14,479 nucleotides of DNA from Campylobacterales bacterium (GTDB lineage Bacteria > Campylobacterota > Campylobacteria > Campylobacterales > Sulfurimonadaceae), in the NCBI GenBank assembly GCA_038205935.1, contig JBBRBK010000052.1, positions 1 through 14,479 of the forward strand, written 5' to 3'. Positions 14,119-14,479 of the stretch are shown here, piece by piece. How positions within the stretch are numbered: the first letter of the stretch is position 1; each line of letters opens with the position of its first letter. The translations under genes and the position numbers were made by a program. The notes below the pieces were generated by a model that saw nothing but the letters and a program-made list of their open reading frames with translations, had not been told where the DNA came from and searched no databases.

Positions 14119-14479
14119 TTTTCTTCCTTCATTTTAATATAACGAAAGTATAACGTCTAAAAAAATGAAAGTGACAACAAATTGATTAAAATTTAATCAT
14201 ATTTAGTAATTATTTTTAGACAATAAGAAATCATTTTTTATATTAAGCTCATTTTCATAATCATAGCGCCGTTAAATGAAGTTCTATTAGAAGTTTAAGA
14301 AGAGATATATTTGCAGTAAAAGGATTTAAATCCTCCAAATCAGTTAAGACTTGGATAGATTTTAGTTTTAGAATTCGTTCAAGTGAAGAATCAATTTTAT
14401 ACACATCACTAAAGATTATCTAGCATCTCGCTGGATAGTTTTAGAAGTGCACACCGACTTTTAAAAGTGTACGGCTGTT

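Overview
AT-rich chromosomal segment that looks like Campylobacterota (Sulfurimonas-like), judged from gene content, gene order and gnTAnAAT promoters. The left part is a minus-strand housekeeping operon (NFACT/RqcH - small acidic protein - cdsA - dxr - YdeN-type hydrolase). A defence cassette is appended to it: an amino-DNA methyltransferase with an HPPY motif, a PD-(D/E)xK-like protein, and the first 29 codons of an IceA1/NlaIII-like (CATG) endonuclease, which is missing from the ORF track and is cut off by an IS5-family element. The middle is a plus-strand corrinoid-associated cluster (106-aa upstream ORF - BtuB-like TonB-dependent receptor - membrane protein - Cys-rich protein - cobQ) followed by a YpfJ-like metallopeptidase. 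The right part holds a radical SAM/SPASM gene, a cupin, tRNA-Ser(GGA) and a porin. Three observations stand out. (1) The palindrome TACATGTA occurs 14 times (about 0.5 expected), in different reading frames and in non-coding DNA, like a HIP1 or DNA-uptake-type motif. (2) A probable CATG endonuclease is inactivated in the same window. (3) No convincing B12 riboswitch precedes the receptor; instead there is a Cys-containing upstream ORF ending Ser-Pro-Pro-stop over a C-rich, G-poor tract, a candidate stalling/attenuation leader.
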